Sequence record: MT446422.1
Source of the DNA: Escherichia virus TH57
Reading direction: 5' to 3' (one strand)
Length of the DNA: 64,000 bases
This document shows, piece after piece, positions 48,057-58,388 of the stretch; position 1 is the stretch's first letter; every line of letters begins with the position of its first letter. Below the pieces are notes generated by a model that was given only the letters and a program-made list of their open reading frames with translations, did not search any database and was not told the DNA's origin. The position numbers and the translations under genes were made by a program.

Positions 48057-48350
48057 ATGGGTAAAACTATCCGTCGTAAAGAATTGTCTGTAAAAGATTT
48101 TTATTATTCCGGACGTCGTAAAGCACCAGACGGTGTAAGTCAGGAACAAGTTGAAGAAAATATTTTCCGTTCAGACAAATGGAAGCGTATGCGTGGCGTT
48201 GATTCAGAAGTCAAGAATGAAATGAATCGTCAACTGCGCAAAGAAGTTCGCCAGTTGAAAAAAGATGTATACGTTGAGGATGATTTTGATTATAATACTT
48301 CTCACCGTGTTGCAAAGCGTAAATCAAATGAATGTTATCGTTACAGTTGA
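48057..48350 (+). CDS. basic hypothetical protein
   Basis: 97 aa ORF. Confidence 0.45.
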   Translation: MGKTIRRKELSVKDFYYSGRRKAPDGVSQEQVEENIFRSDKWKRMRGVDSEVKNEMNRQLRKEVRQLKKDVYVEDDFDYNTSHRVAKRKSNECYRYS

Positions 48351-48357
48351 GGAAAAT

Positions 48358-48489
48358 ATGAATATCAAACGTATGCTTTTTAAACAAGGGTTATACACTT
48401 TAAATTCTGCTCCAAAAGGCGATACAACCAAGTGGTCAGTAAATGACTGGATTGAATTTATTGATGAAAACGGTAACTGGAAAATTTAA
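48358..48489 (+). CDS. small hypothetical protein (43 aa)
   Basis: ATG at 48358 after GAGGAAAATATG context. Confidence 0.3.
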   Translation: MNIKRMLFKQGLYTLNSAPKGDTTKWSVNDWIEFIDENGNWKI

Positions 48490-48687
48490 ATGAACCCTGA
48501 ATCTAAATTATCACAGCGAATTGCTGAAGCTCGTCGCCAGTTTTTTGAAAATATGATAGCTCAAGGTATCGATGACGAAGTTTTTCTAAACTGGTTTTGG
48601 AATCACAAGTATTCAAGTTGTTCAGGAGCGATATTCATATCAGCCGCAATGATGTATGAAGGCTGGAAAGCGGCTAAAGCGCAATAA
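48490..48687 (+). CDS. hypothetical protein
   Basis: 65 aa ORF. Confidence 0.4.
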   Translation: MNPESKLSQRIAEARRQFFENMIAQGIDDEVFLNWFWNHKYSSCSGAIFISAAMMYEGWKAAKAQ

Positions 48688-48759
48688 AAACCAACGGGGT
48701 CATGGTATAATGACCCTAGGATAATAAAATTTTAATTTAATGAGACTGAGGAATATATC

Positions 48760-49086
48760 ATGACTGCATCTATCACTAACATCATCGCTAATTTCGCATT
48801 TACTAAAGTTAACACTCTGATGAAATCTGGTTTTGTTACTCCTGAGATTCTGGACCAGTGGGAAGGCGATGTACAGAAACTGATTATTGCAGAAGGTCAG
48901 ACAATGGGTAAAGCGCGTATTCGTGAAAGCCTTGTCCAGTATATCCTGAATGAATTTGATGTAGTAGCGTTTGGTTTACCGCTTCTGCGTGAAAACAAAG
49001 AAGTTTCTGATAAAGCTATCAAGCGTATGAAGTCCCAACGCAAGAAGGGGTTTGTTGACCTGAAAATTGTTAAGGGTGCAAAATGA
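48760..49086 (+). CDS. hypothetical protein
   Basis: 108 aa ORF after hairpin-embedded promoter and GAGGAA RBS. Confidence 0.5.
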   Translation: MTASITNIIANFAFTKVNTLMKSGFVTPEILDQWEGDVQKLIIAEGQTMGKARIRESLVQYILNEFDVVAFGLPLLRENKEVSDKAIKRMKSQRKKGFVDLKIVKGAK

Positions 49087-49346
49087 TGTGCCCTGCTATT
49101 GAATTACCTGAAGGTGTTGCGGTAATAGTATCCTACAAACATACGTATGCTAATGGAATTCGCCGAGCTCATAAAATTAGTCACGGTTACTATTTACAAA
49201 GGACTTTAAATTATTTCATTTCAATGGGATATGAATTCAGAATCTATCCTATGTGTACTAAAACCAAGTACACTAAAATCGATGCTTGGGAAGCTTGGGC
49301 GGAAGGCATGACATTAGACGAATTCCTGGACTACTTAAATGATTAA
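49083..49346 (+). CDS. hypothetical protein
   Basis: 87 aa ORF, ATGA coupling. Confidence 0.45.
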   Translation: MMCPAIELPEGVAVIVSYKHTYANGIRRAHKISHGYYLQRTLNYFISMGYEFRIYPMCTKTKYTKIDAWEAWAEGMTLDEFLDYLND

Positions 49347-49605
49347 AATAAAACTCTCTAATTACGATAAAAACCTGGAAATGATTACTATGAAAGAAGA
49401 ACTCCTGAATGATGTCCGCTTGACGGGTTATGCAGTTCAATTTAATGATGTTGGTGTCCTCCAGATTGAAGGCGACCACTTTATTATTGAATATGAATTC
49501 CATCAGTATTGGTTGTATGCCAAAGATGAAGTAGGTGGGATTGATTATGTTGACCAGTTTGATAAGCTTGACGATGTTTTAGAAGCTGCCCAGATGGTTT
49601 ACTGA
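49339..49605 (+). CDS. hypothetical protein
   Basis: 88 aa ORF. Confidence 0.45.
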   Translation: MIKIKLSNYDKNLEMITMKEELLNDVRLTGYAVQFNDVGVLQIEGDHFIIEYEFHQYWLYAKDEVGGIDYVDQFDKLDDVLEAAQMVY

Positions 49606-49871
49606 TGCACATCAATCATACAATGATATCCGTCCAGGACCTGGGAACGTTTTGGGTGGATGAATTTATGAAAATAACATTCTTCCCGCATGCAGAAGGG
49701 TATGGCTCTTGGGAGTCTCATATCGGTATGCTGAATGAAGGACAATACCGCAACGAGCATGACCGTTTGATGGAATTCATTAGCGATGCCGAGGTTATTC
49801 CTTATATTGACATCCATGAATTTAAGGCAATTATGGAGAAGGTCTTTCAGGCTTACTGTTTACTTCGCTAA
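49605..49871 (+). CDS. hypothetical protein
   Basis: 88 aa ORF. Confidence 0.45.
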   Translation: MHINHTMISVQDLGTFWVDEFMKITFFPHAEGYGSWESHIGMLNEGQYRNEHDRLMEFISDAEVIPYIDIHEFKAIMEKVFQAYCLLR

Positions 49872-49919
49872 TGCTTTGTATTAAGGATGATATAATATTC
49901 ATATACTAAGTGAGGCGAT

Positions 49920-50477
49920 ATGAACGAAATTAAATTAACCAAGAATAACTATGTAAATAATAAAGAGCTTTTGAAAGCTATTTCGGAGTGGAAACAGAAG
50001 CTGAATGCGAACACCGACCCGAACAAAATTATTCGCCAGAACGATGTTATTGGTCTGGCGATTATGCTTATAGCCGAAGGTCTTAGCAAACGTTTCAACT
50101 TCTCCGGATATACCCAATCCTGGAAGCAAGAAATGATAGCAGACGGAATTGAGGCCGCAATAAAAGGTCTTCATAACTTCGACGAAACAAAATACGATAA
50201 TCCACATGCTTACATAACAATGGCTTGCTTCAATGCTTTCGTTCAGCGTATCAAAAAAGAACGTAAAGAAATGGCAAAGAAATATAGCTACTTCGTCCAT
50301 AACGTATATGATTCACGTGACGACGATATGGTGGCTCTGGCTGATGAAACATTTATCCAGGACATCTACGACAAAATGACACAGTACGAATCCTCTTTAG
50401 TTAAAGCGCCAGGGTCTGATAAGAGCGCCAAAGATAAAGAAGGTGATTTGGATTTTTTATATGGAACATCAATTTGA
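49920..50477 (+). CDS. 55: late sigma factor gp55
   Basis: 185 aa; NYVNNKELL...[46 protein letters not shown]... matches T4 gp55. Confidence 0.95.
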   Translation: MNEIKLTKNNYVNNKELLKAISEWKQKLNANTDPNKIIRQNDVIGLAIMLIAEGLSKRFNFSGYTQSWKQEMIADGIEAAIKGLHNFDETKYDNPHAYITMACFNAFVQRIKKERKEMAKKYSYFVHNVYDSRDDDMVALADETFIQDIYDKMTQYESSLVKAPGSDKSAKDKEGDLDFLYGTSI

Positions 50478-50694
50478 TATTACCGATTTTTTAGATAAAA
50501 TCGAGGAAGACTTTACTGCGCTCCCATATTTCATTAAACTTTATCTGCGAGACATAAAAGGTCTTCCAATTGATATCGACCCTTTAAACGTCCGGAATCT
50601 GGAATTTACTTCACCGGATAATAACGTTGATTACCGTTATCATGTGGATAATGCTAATCTATATTTTACAATTGAGTTAACTCCCAAGGATTAA
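50461..50694 (+). CDS. hypothetical protein
   Basis: ORF track 50443; ATG at 50461. Confidence 0.45.
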   Translation: MEHQFDITDFLDKIEEDFTALPYFIKLYLRDIKGLPIDIDPLNVRNLEFTSPDNNVDYRYHVDNANLYFTIELTPKD

Positions 50695-50695
50695 T

Positions 50696-51007
50696 ATGCA
50701 AGCTCCAGATATTTCTCAACTGACCGATAAGCAGATTGAAGAAGCACAGGAACGTCTCGAAGAAGCGAACGCACTCGAAGCGCAGAGTCAAGCAGCAAAG
50801 ATTCTGAAAAAGAATGCTCGTGAAATTGCACGACTGAATAAGCATGCTCAAGGGGCAGTGCTGGAAAACAATTTTGAAGCATACAAATATGCTTTAGTTA
50901 AACTGCGTGGAATTTACCGCCAACCAGTTACGGAAGACCTGATTAAGTTGATGTGGGAAACTACTCGCAAACAAATTTGGGAAATCGTAAATGGCATTAG
51001 TAAATAA
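50696..51007 (+). CDS. hypothetical protein
   Basis: 103 aa ORF. Confidence 0.45.
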   Translation: MQAPDISQLTDKQIEEAQERLEEANALEAQSQAAKILKKNAREIARLNKHAQGAVLENNFEAYKYALVKLRGIYRQPVTEDLIKLMWETTRKQIWEIVNGISK

Positions 51008-51194
51008 ACCTTTTAAACGGCTTCTTGTTGGAGCCGCTTTCAGACTTCGCTCATACGGTAATATCTGTATCAAGCAGACCGAAACCGAATATAAAATGGT
51101 TGGTCAGTATTCTGATGGTATTTTTCAGATTGAGCCTGTGGCCAAGGTTTGGGTGGATTCACACCAACTTAAGAAATGGTGGCAACGATGGTAG
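50991..51194 (+). CDS. hypothetical protein
   Basis: 67 aa ORF. Confidence 0.4.
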   Translation: MALVNKPFKRLLVGAAFRLRSYGNICIKQTETEYKMVGQYSDGIFQIEPVAKVWVDSHQLKKWWQRW

Positions 51195-51284
51195 GATTTT
51201 ATGAAAGCGGATGTAACGAAGACGAACATCCGGATTTTTAAGCTTATGAACGACGAATAAGAAAAAGTTTAAGAGGTTTTATGA

Positions 51285-51458
51285 ATGACGAATTCGACGG
51301 ATTTTGATAAGATTAAATCTGGCAAAAATGAGATGATACTTCAATTTGAAGCCGCTCGTATTAAAGCAGAAAATGAAGGCACTATTACCCATAAGAAAAT
51401 CAAGTTCAAGTCTAATCGCGAACCTCTGTATGGTGTATTAATTGGAAAGGAAGCCTAG
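51285..51458 (+). CDS. small hypothetical protein (57 aa)
   Basis: ATG 8 nt after AAGAGG; stop lies in the loop of a terminator hairpin. Confidence 0.35.
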   Translation: MTNSTDFDKIKSGKNEMILQFEAARIKAENEGTITHKKIKFKSNREPLYGVLIGKEA

Positions 51459-51470
51459 TGCTTCCTTTTT
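51448..51470 (+). terminator. rho-independent terminator
   Basis: AGGAAGC-CTAGT-GCTTCCT hairpin followed by TTTTT. Confidence 0.55.
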
Positions 51471-51514
51471 GCTTTATATTCGGGATGATAAAATGAACCA
51501 ACTGAGGAGAACAT

Positions 51515-51658
51515 ATGGAATTATTTTTAGGATATGTTGTGTTATTCATGGCATTCTACACATTCACACGAGCTTGTTGGATAGGATTCTTTTCTACTCC
51601 TGACGGGTTCATTTCAATAATTTTATTTTGCACTGCGATAACGGCGCTTGGCTTATGA
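51515..51658 (+). CDS. small hydrophobic protein (47 aa) overlapping gp47 start
   Basis: ATG after GAGGAG; hydrophobic; stop overlaps gp47 ATG. Confidence 0.35.
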   Translation: MELFLGYVVLFMAFYTFTRACWIGFFSTPDGFISIILFCTAITALGL

Positions 51659-52674
51659 AAATTTTAAATTTAGGTGATTGGCACTTGGGTGTCAAAGCTG
51701 ACGACCCATGGGCTCAAAACATTCAACGTGATGGTATTTTACAGGCGATTGCATATTCCAAAGCGAATGGAATTAAAGTTTGGATTCAATATGGTGATAT
51801 TTTTGACGTCCGTAAGGCCGTAACGCATAAGACAATGGAATTCAGCCGCGAGATTATGGAACTCCTTCGTGAAGCAGGAATTACTATGCACACGATAGTC
51901 GGGAACCATGACATGAATCTGAAGAATAAGATTCATCCTAATGCTATCACCGAACTCCTGAATAAGTATGACCATGTTAAAATCTACGACAAGCCAACGA
52001 CTGTTGATTTTGACGGTTGTCAGATTGATATGATTCCATGGATGTGTGACGAGAACGCGACTGACATTCATCAACACATCAAAACTTCTGGTGCCGAATA
52101 TTGCATCGGTCACTGGGAATTAACCGGGTTTTATTTCTATAAAGGATTGAAATCCCACGGGCTTGAGCCTGATTTCCTTAAGAAGTACAAGCAAGTTTGG
52201 TCTGGGCACTTCCATACCATTTCAGAAGCTGCGAACGTTAAGTACATAGGAACGCCATGGACATTAACAGCAGGTGATGAGAATGACCCGCGCGGATTCT
52301 GGGAATTTGATACAGAAACCGAAGAGATGAAATTTATTCCGAATGAAACCACCTGGCATCGGAAGATTTTTTATCCAAACGAAACTATTAACTACGACGA
52401 CTTCAAAGACTTATCAGTCCGTGTTATTGTAGAAAAAGTCGATAAAGACCTGACCAAGTTCGAATCTGAATTAGAAAAGCGTGTACATGAATTGCGTGTT
52501 GTCAATAAGGTTGATAACAGTGTTGATACGACTGACTCCGAAGAAGAGTTAGACATAAAACGCTTAACTGATATGATGGCAGAATATATTGATGCATTAC
52601 CTGACACCAATGAGAAAGAATCAAAAGCTCTTAAAGCATTGGCCAACAAATTATATCTTGAGGTGCAACCGTGA
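51655..52674 (+). CDS. 47: recombination nuclease subunit gp47 (Mre11-like)
   Basis: ORF track 51628; ATG at 51655 gives MKILNLGDWHLGVKADD..., matching the T4 gp47 N-terminus; GNHDM phosphoesterase motif. Confidence 0.9.
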   Translation: MKILNLGDWHLGVKADDPWAQNIQRDGILQAIAYSKANGIKVWIQYGDIFDVRKAVTHKTMEFSREIMELLREAGITMHTIVGNHDMNLKNKIHPNAITELLNKYDHVKIYDKPTTVDFDGCQIDMIPWMCDENATDIHQHIKTSGAEYCIGHWELTGFYFYKGLKSHGLEPDFLKKYKQVWSGHFHTISEAANVKYIGTPWTLTAGDENDPRGFWEFDTETEEMKFIPNETTWHRKIFYPNETINYDDFKDLSVRVIVEKVDKDLTKFESELEKRVHELRVVNKVDNSVDTTDSEEELDIKRLTDMMAEYIDALPDTNEKESKALKALANKLYLEVQP

Positions 52675-52934
52675 GACTTTATGATTTTAATGAAGCGGGG
52701 CTTGAACATATCCGCGAATGTGATGTGGTTGACGACGATAATCAACCGAATACTATTAAGTATTGGTTTGAAGCTATCACTGACCGGGAAACCGGTCAAC
52801 TTATCAAAGTCTATGTAGTCACCGATTGGGCCGTAGAATTTAGTTTTAATGTAATGGAAGATGATACTCCAGAAACATTAATTCATATGGCTGAATCATG
52901 CATCAAGGATGCTTATAATGATGAAAATGTATAA
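52671..52934 (+). CDS. hypothetical protein (T4 46.2 position)
   Basis: 87 aa ORF between 47 and 46. Confidence 0.45.
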   Translation: MRLYDFNEAGLEHIRECDVVDDDNQPNTIKYWFEAITDRETGQLIKVYVVTDWAVEFSFNVMEDDTPETLIHMAESCIKDAYNDENV

Positions 52935-53133
52935 ACATGATTTTCATATTGGCGATGGCTGGTTCGGTAATGTAGAATGGGACGTGGATGGTTCTTGGTA
53001 TACCGGAACTATGTATGTCACTTCTGAATATTCTGAAGGTGTTTCATGGGTCATGGAACTTGACGACGTGTTTGCTTCTTCCGAAGAAATGCTAGAATAT
53101 GCTGAACAAACAATTCGTGAGAACAATACATGA
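52909..53133 (+). CDS. hypothetical protein (T4 46.1 position)
   Basis: 74 aa ORF between 47 and 46; start uncertain. Confidence 0.4.
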   Translation: MLIMMKMYKHDFHIGDGWFGNVEWDVDGSWYTGTMYVTSEYSEGVSWVMELDDVFASSEEMLEYAEQTIRENNT

Positions 53134-54812
53134 AAACGTTTAAGCTTAAGAAAGTTATCTATAAAAATATTATGTCGGTTGGTGCTCAACCGATTACTGT
53201 TGAACTGGATAAAGTCCAGAAAACTCTTGTAACTGGCAAGAATGGCGCAGGGAAATCTACGTTCCTTGAAGCGGTTACCTTTGCTATGTTCGGTAAGCCT
53301 TTCCGTGATGTAAAGAAAGGTCAGCTGATTAACTCGAGCAACAAAAAAGATATGCTCGTTGAATTGTGGATGGAATATGATGGAAAAGAATACTATATCA
53401 AACGCGGGCAAAAACCCAATGTTTTTGAAATCTCTTGTGGCGGTAAACGTCTTGATGAATCTGCCAGCAGTAAAGACTTCCAAGCGGAATTTGAACAGCT
53501 TATCGGAATGTCATACGCAAGCTTCAAACAAATTGTCGTACTCGGCACAGCTGGATATACCCCTTTTATGGGCCTATCCACTCCTGCCAGAAGAAAGCTT
53601 GTCGAAGACCTTTTAGAGGTTTCTGTACTGGCCGATATGGATAAGCTGAACAAATCTCTTATCCGCGAAGTCAATAGCCAAATCCAGGTGATGGATGTAC
53701 AGCATGACGGTATCGTTCAACAGATTAAAATCTATCAGGACAACGAAGACCGTCAAAGAAAATTGTCAGGCGATAATCTGTTGCGACTGCAAACGATGTA
53801 TGATGAACTTGCCACAGAAGCACGTGGAATCAAGGCAACTATCGAAGAAGCAACGACAAGACTGACCGAGATAATCTTGGGAGAAGACCCTGAGCACGAA
53901 CTCACAAAGTTAAAGCAGGAATCATTCCTGATTAAATCGAAGATTGACGATTATCGAAAGGTTGTTGGTCTGTACGAGAAAGGTGGTTGTTGTCAGACCT
54001 GTGCCAGTCAGTTGCATCCAGGAGACCCTATTGTCGCCAGGATTGAGTCAAAGATTGAAGAATGTAATGCATCGGCTGATAAGCATAAAGCTCGCCAGAA
54101 TGCTGTTCAGGAGCAATTTGATGCGTATACCAAGGCAAGACAAAACCAGCGTACAATAGCTCAAGACATTCAAACTAAGAAACAAACCTTAGTCCAGACT
54201 GTCGAAAAAGCTAAAAAGGTTAAAGCATTAATCGAGCAAGCCAAGTCAGAATTCATTGACCATGCAGCAGACATTAAAATGCTTCAAGACCAGCTTGATA
54301 AAATAGTCAAACAGAAATCTGACCTTGTGATGGAAAAATATCAACGTGGTATCCTAACGGATATGTTGAAAGATTCTGGTATCAAGGGCGCGATTATTAA
54401 GAAATATATTCCTATCTTTAATAAGCAGATAAACGCTTATCTTAAAGTTATGGAAGCTGATTATAGCTTTACGTTAGATGAAGAGTTCAACGAAACGATT
54501 AAATCTCGTGGACGTGAAGACTTTAGCTATGCATCATTTAGCCAGGGTGAAAAAGCTCGTATAGATATTGCATTGCTGTTTACATGGCGCGATATTGCTG
54601 CGAAAGTATCTGGTGTTAATATTAACACATTGATTCTGGATGAAGTTTTTGACTCGGCCACTGATGTAGAGGGTGTTAAAGCAATTGCTACCATCCTGAA
54701 CAAATTGGAAGACACCAACATTTTTATTATCAGTCACCGAGACCATGACCCGGAAGCATACGGGCAACATCTCCAGATGAAAAAAGTTGGTCGATTCACC
54801 GTTATGGAATAA
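53130..54812 (+). CDS. 46: recombination ATPase gp46 (Rad50-like)
   Basis: 560 aa; Walker A GKNGAGKST; long central coiled coil; synteny with 47. Confidence 0.9.
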   Translation: MKTFKLKKVIYKNIMSVGAQPITVELDKVQKTLVTGKNGAGKSTFLEAVTFAMFGKPFRDVKKGQLINSSNKKDMLVELWMEYDGKEYYIKRGQKPNVFEISCGGKRLDESASSKDFQAEFEQLIGMSYASFKQIVVLGTAGYTPFMGLSTPARRKLVEDLLEVSVLADMDKLNKSLIREVNSQIQVMDVQHDGIVQQIKIYQDNEDRQRKLSGDNLLRLQTMYDELATEARGIKATIEEATTRLTEIILGEDPEHELTKLKQESFLIKSKIDDYRKVVGLYEKGGCCQTCASQLHPGDPIVARIESKIEECNASADKHKARQNAVQEQFDAYTKARQNQRTIAQDIQTKKQTLVQTVEKAKKVKALIEQAKSEFIDHAADIKMLQDQLDKIVKQKSDLVMEKYQRGILTDMLKDSGIKGAIIKKYIPIFNKQINAYLKVMEADYSFTLDEEFNETIKSRGREDFSYASFSQGEKARIDIALLFTWRDIAAKVSGVNINTLILDEVFDSATDVEGVKAIATILNKLEDTNIFIISHRDHDPEAYGQHLQMKKVGRFTVME

Positions 54813-54846
54813 TGCTTTAAACAAGGATGTTATAATAGAGGCTATT

Positions 54847-55038
54847 ATGGCTGACTTCTTAACCGGGCAGCATTTACTGGCTGTCCCTGAAATTAAACGG
54901 TATGTGTTAGTTAATACCTTTTCGAAAGATGAACACCTTGTCACTGAACGTGACTTGCAAAACGCTTTCGGTGAAGAATATGTTAAAATAATCGCGAACA
55001 GACACAATGCCTGGTTCGCATATGAATACTTTGATTAA
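54847..55038 (+). CDS. hypothetical protein (T4 45.2 position)
   Basis: ORF track 54787; ATG at 54847 after TATAAT promoter and AGAGG. Confidence 0.45.
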   Translation: MADFLTGQHLLAVPEIKRYVLVNTFSKDEHLVTERDLQNAFGEEYVKIIANRHNAWFAYEYFD

Positions 55039-55062
55039 TTGATAATGAATAGAGAGAATATT

Positions 55063-55470
55063 ATGAACAACGTAACTGCTAAAGATATCCAAGTTAAAAC
55101 CATCCGCACTGACGCTAACCCGCATAACCAAAACCGTGTGCGCAAATCCTGGGTTCTGGCCTGTGATGAAGCATCTGCTACCCGTCTGCAGTCTCTGCCG
55201 CAAGAAATTAAATTCATGCTGTACGGTGTGATTGATACTGATGTATCTGATAAGTGGATTGAACTGATGCGTAATCACTACAACGATTCACTGGCTGCTG
55301 GTGCTAAACTGGTTATCGACCGTGATGGTTCCGAACGTCTTGAAGATGATTATTGTGTTAACTCGGACGACCATCTGGTGCAAGCCGGTTCTATTATTGC
55401 TGCGCAACTTCCAGAGTATATTGAATCTCTTCCGGAAGCTATCCGCAAACAAATGGCAGTTGTTGCTTAA
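55063..55470 (+). CDS. rpbA: RNA polymerase binding protein RpbA
   Basis: ORF track 55039 uses TTG; ATG at 55063; position directly upstream of gene 45 as in T4. Confidence 0.6.
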   Translation: MNNVTAKDIQVKTIRTDANPHNQNRVRKSWVLACDEASATRLQSLPQEIKFMLYGVIDTDVSDKWIELMRNHYNDSLAAGAKLVIDRDGSERLEDDYCVNSDDHLVQAGSIIAAQLPEYIESLPEAIRKQMAVVA

Positions 55471-55500
55471 TTAATTTTGATTTGAATAAAAGGTAATTAA

Positions 55501-56196
55501 ATGAAATTCTCTAAAGACACTATCGCAGTTCTGAAAAACTTCACCTCCATCTACTCTGGCATTATGCTTAAGCCAGGTAATACCATCCTGACCCGTTCTG
55601 TAACTGGAGCGTCATATGGCGAAGCCGAAATCAATGATACAATTGACTTTGAAGCTGCGATTTATGACCTGAACGGCTTCTTAAGTATCCTGGGCCTGGT
55701 AACTGACCAAGCTGAAGTATCTCTGGCTGAAGATGCATCGAATATCATTATCAAAGACCAACGTTCAACGATTCACTGGCCTGCAGCAGACCCGAGCACT
55801 ATCGTGTTCCCTGCTAAGAAGATTCCTTTCCCGGTAGCTAAGGTTATCTTCGACCTGAAAGGCAGTGACCTGCAGCAGCTTCTGCGTGTGGCTGGTGGTT
55901 TGTCTCTGGATACTTTTGCAATCACCAACAAAGACGGTAAGATTGTTATCCATGGTTATAACCAGCTCGAAGATAAAGAATTAGCGCGTCCATTGTATTC
56001 CCTGGTGTGTGGTGATTACGAAGGTGATGCAGCGTTTAAATTTATCATTAACAAACTGAACATGAAAATGATTCCGGCTGATTACCGTGTTATGCTTTGG
56101 GCAAAAGATGATAAATTTGCTACGAAGTTTGAAGGTACACAAGCAAGCTATGTGATTGCAATGGAACAAGGCTCTAGCCACGAATTCCAAGATTAA
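55501..56196 (+). CDS. 45: sliding clamp gp45
   Basis: 231 aa; MKFSKDTIAVLKNFTSIYSGIMLK...HWPAADPST...LQQLLRV... matches T4 gp45. Confidence 0.95.
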   Translation: MKFSKDTIAVLKNFTSIYSGIMLKPGNTILTRSVTGASYGEAEINDTIDFEAAIYDLNGFLSILGLVTDQAEVSLAEDASNIIIKDQRSTIHWPAADPSTIVFPAKKIPFPVAKVIFDLKGSDLQQLLRVAGGLSLDTFAITNKDGKIVIHGYNQLEDKELARPLYSLVCGDYEGDAAFKFIINKLNMKMIPADYRVMLWAKDDKFATKFEGTQASYVIAMEQGSSHEFQD

Positions 56197-56254
56197 TAAA
56201 TGGGGCTTCGGCCCCATGGAGTACAAAGTAGAAACTAATATGAGGAAAATAATA

Positions 56255-57232
56255 ATGGCAACAGTAATTAACGGTCTAACAGTCAACGAATCCGACTTCA
56301 TGTGGGAACAAAAATACCGCCCAGGCACATTATCAGAGTGTATTCTGCCGGCTCATGATAAAGAAACGTTAGAGGCGATTGTTAAAAAAGGTTTGATTCC
56401 TAACTTGATTCTGGTCAGTAGTTCCCCTGGCACCGGTAAGACAACAGTTGCGAAAGCTATGTGTGCGGATACGAATTCTGATATGTTGTTTGTTAACGGC
56501 TCCGATTGTCGAATTGACTTTGTGCGTAATGAATTGACTCGCTTTGCATCATCCAAATCAATCGAAGGGCGCCGTAAGGTAATCGTTATCGATGAGTTTG
56601 ACCGTGCAGGTCTGGCAGAATCCCAGCGACATCTTCGTAGTTTCATGGAAGCTTATTCGAGCAACTGTTCAATCATTATGACCGCGAACAACATCGATGG
56701 TATCATCACTCCATTGCAGTCCCGTTGCCGTGTGATTAAATTCGGTGAGTCAACCGATGAAGACCGTACCTCCATGCTTAAACAGATGATTCATCGTTCA
56801 GTGGCTATCTGTAAGAACGAAGGTGTTGAAATCGAAGACCTGAAAGTTGTTGCTGCCCTGGTTAAGCATAACTTCCCGGACTTGCGTAAGACAATTAACG
56901 AGCTTGACCGTTACTCTGCGAAGGGTGTTATCGATTCTGGTATCTTAAGTATCGTGACAAATAATCGCACTCCAATCGATGATGTGATTGATGCCCTTAA
57001 GGACCGTAACTTTAAAGTTCTCCGTGGCCTGGCACCGAAATTTGCAAATGATTATTCAAACTTCATTGCCAAGCTCGCTGATGAAATGTACGGCAAACTG
57101 ACTGGTGCAAGCATCATCCGTATGTATGAGATTGTGGGTGAGAACAATCAGTATCACGGGCTGGCAGCGAACACCGAAGTTCACTTGACTTATCTGTTTG
57201 CTCAACTGGCTGGGGAAATGAAATGGCTGTAA
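56255..57232 (+). CDS. 44: clamp loader large subunit gp44
   Basis: ORF track 56156; ATG at 56255 after GAGGAAAATAATA; EQKYRP...SPGTGKTTVAKA...VIVIDEFDR matches T4 gp44. Confidence 0.9.
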   Translation: MATVINGLTVNESDFMWEQKYRPGTLSECILPAHDKETLEAIVKKGLIPNLILVSSSPGTGKTTVAKAMCADTNSDMLFVNGSDCRIDFVRNELTRFASSKSIEGRRKVIVIDEFDRAGLAESQRHLRSFMEAYSSNCSIIMTANNIDGIITPLQSRCRVIKFGESTDEDRTSMLKQMIHRSVAICKNEGVEIEDLKVVAALVKHNFPDLRKTINELDRYSAKGVIDSGILSIVTNNRTPIDDVIDALKDRNFKVLRGLAPKFANDYSNFIAKLADEMYGKLTGASIIRMYEIVGENNQYHGLAANTEVHLTYLFAQLAGEMKWL

Positions 57233-57801
57233 GTCTCTTTGATGATGACGTTCAATTAAACGAACATGAGGTTGCGTGGAAATCACGTGACTTTAACAAA
57301 ATTCAGGAATTGTCCGATTCATACAAAGAGAAAGCAGAAAATGAATTGTTCGCGATTCTTAATGACATAACCGTTAGCAAAAAACCACGGAACCTGATTC
57401 AATCGGAAAACTACAATAAATTCTGGTTGGAAAACGCATTGAGCCAACATGTCGATTGCATTATGCAGGTGAACGTGATGAACTTAATCGGTTCCGGGTT
57501 AACAGACCAACAGCATTATAATTATTTGCTGCATGCGGTTCCACAAGGCAAACGTTATGGTAAATGGGCAAAGGCTGAGCCGGATGCGGTCAACGTCCAG
57601 CTTGTGTTAAAGCTTTTAATGAAATATTATACAATTAATGCAGATGATGCTTTGATGTATATGGAAACATTGAAAGTCAAAGGTAGTCTTAAAGATGTTT
57701 TGAAAAAGACAAAAGGTCTGGTAACGGATGAATTCTTAAAGACCGTTACCAGTAATGTGAAAGAACAAAAAGAAATTAAAAAACAAATATTGGAATGGTA
57801 A
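57223..57801 (+). CDS. 62: clamp loader small subunit gp62
   Basis: 192 aa between 44 and regA as in T4. Confidence 0.85.
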   Translation: MAVSLFDDDVQLNEHEVAWKSRDFNKIQELSDSYKEKAENELFAILNDITVSKKPRNLIQSENYNKFWLENALSQHVDCIMQVNVMNLIGSGLTDQQHYNYLLHAVPQGKRYGKWAKAEPDAVNVQLVLKLLMKYYTINADDALMYMETLKVKGSLKDVLKKTKGLVTDEFLKTVTSNVKEQKEIKKQILEW

Positions 57802-57802
57802 A

Positions 57803-58171
57803 ATGATTGAAATTACATTAAAGCAACCTGAAGACTTCCTGAAAGTTAAAGAAACTCTGACCCGTATGGGCATCGCAAATAATAAAGACCGTGTGCTGTA
57901 CCAGAGCTGCCACATCCTCCAGAAGCAAGGTCGTTACTATATTGTTCACTTCAAAGAAATGCTGCGTATGGATGGTCGCCAGGTAGATATTGATGGTGAA
58001 GACTATCAGCGCCGTGATTCCATTGCTCAACTGCTCGAAGACTGGGGCTTAATCACTATCAAAGAAGAAGAGCATAATGAATTGTTCGCAGTAACAAACA
58101 ACTTCCGTGTTATCTCCTTTAAACAAAAAGACGACTGGAAGCTCGTAGCCAAATATACAATTGGTAATTGA
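57803..58171 (+). CDS. regA: translational repressor RegA
   Basis: 122 aa; MIEITLKQPEDFLKVKETLTRMGIANNKD...NNFRVISFKQK matches T4 RegA. Confidence 0.95.
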   Translation: MIEITLKQPEDFLKVKETLTRMGIANNKDRVLYQSCHILQKQGRYYIVHFKEMLRMDGRQVDIDGEDYQRRDSIAQLLEDWGLITIKEEEHNELFAVTNNFRVISFKQKDDWKLVAKYTIGN

Positions 58172-58172
58172 T

Positions 58173-58388
58173 ATGAAGCATGAAATTGAAACATGCGAAC
58201 GCCTTAAAGAAATATATGGACTTTCCCCAACTCAAACTATTTTTGACCTTTCCGAAGAACTTCAAATAGAATTTCAAAAGGAACTCAAGAAATTATTGCA
58301 TCCTGGGCAGAGAGTCTTCCAGGCTATGGTTAGAACTAAAGATGAAAAGGGGAATCCGACCATCGAACGTCGTACAATAGAAATTTAA
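58173..58388 (+). CDS. hypothetical protein between regA and 43
   Basis: ORF track 58161; ATG at 58173. Confidence 0.45.
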   Translation: MKHEIETCERLKEIYGLSPTQTIFDLSEELQIEFQKELKKLLHPGQRVFQAMVRTKDEKGNPTIERRTIEI

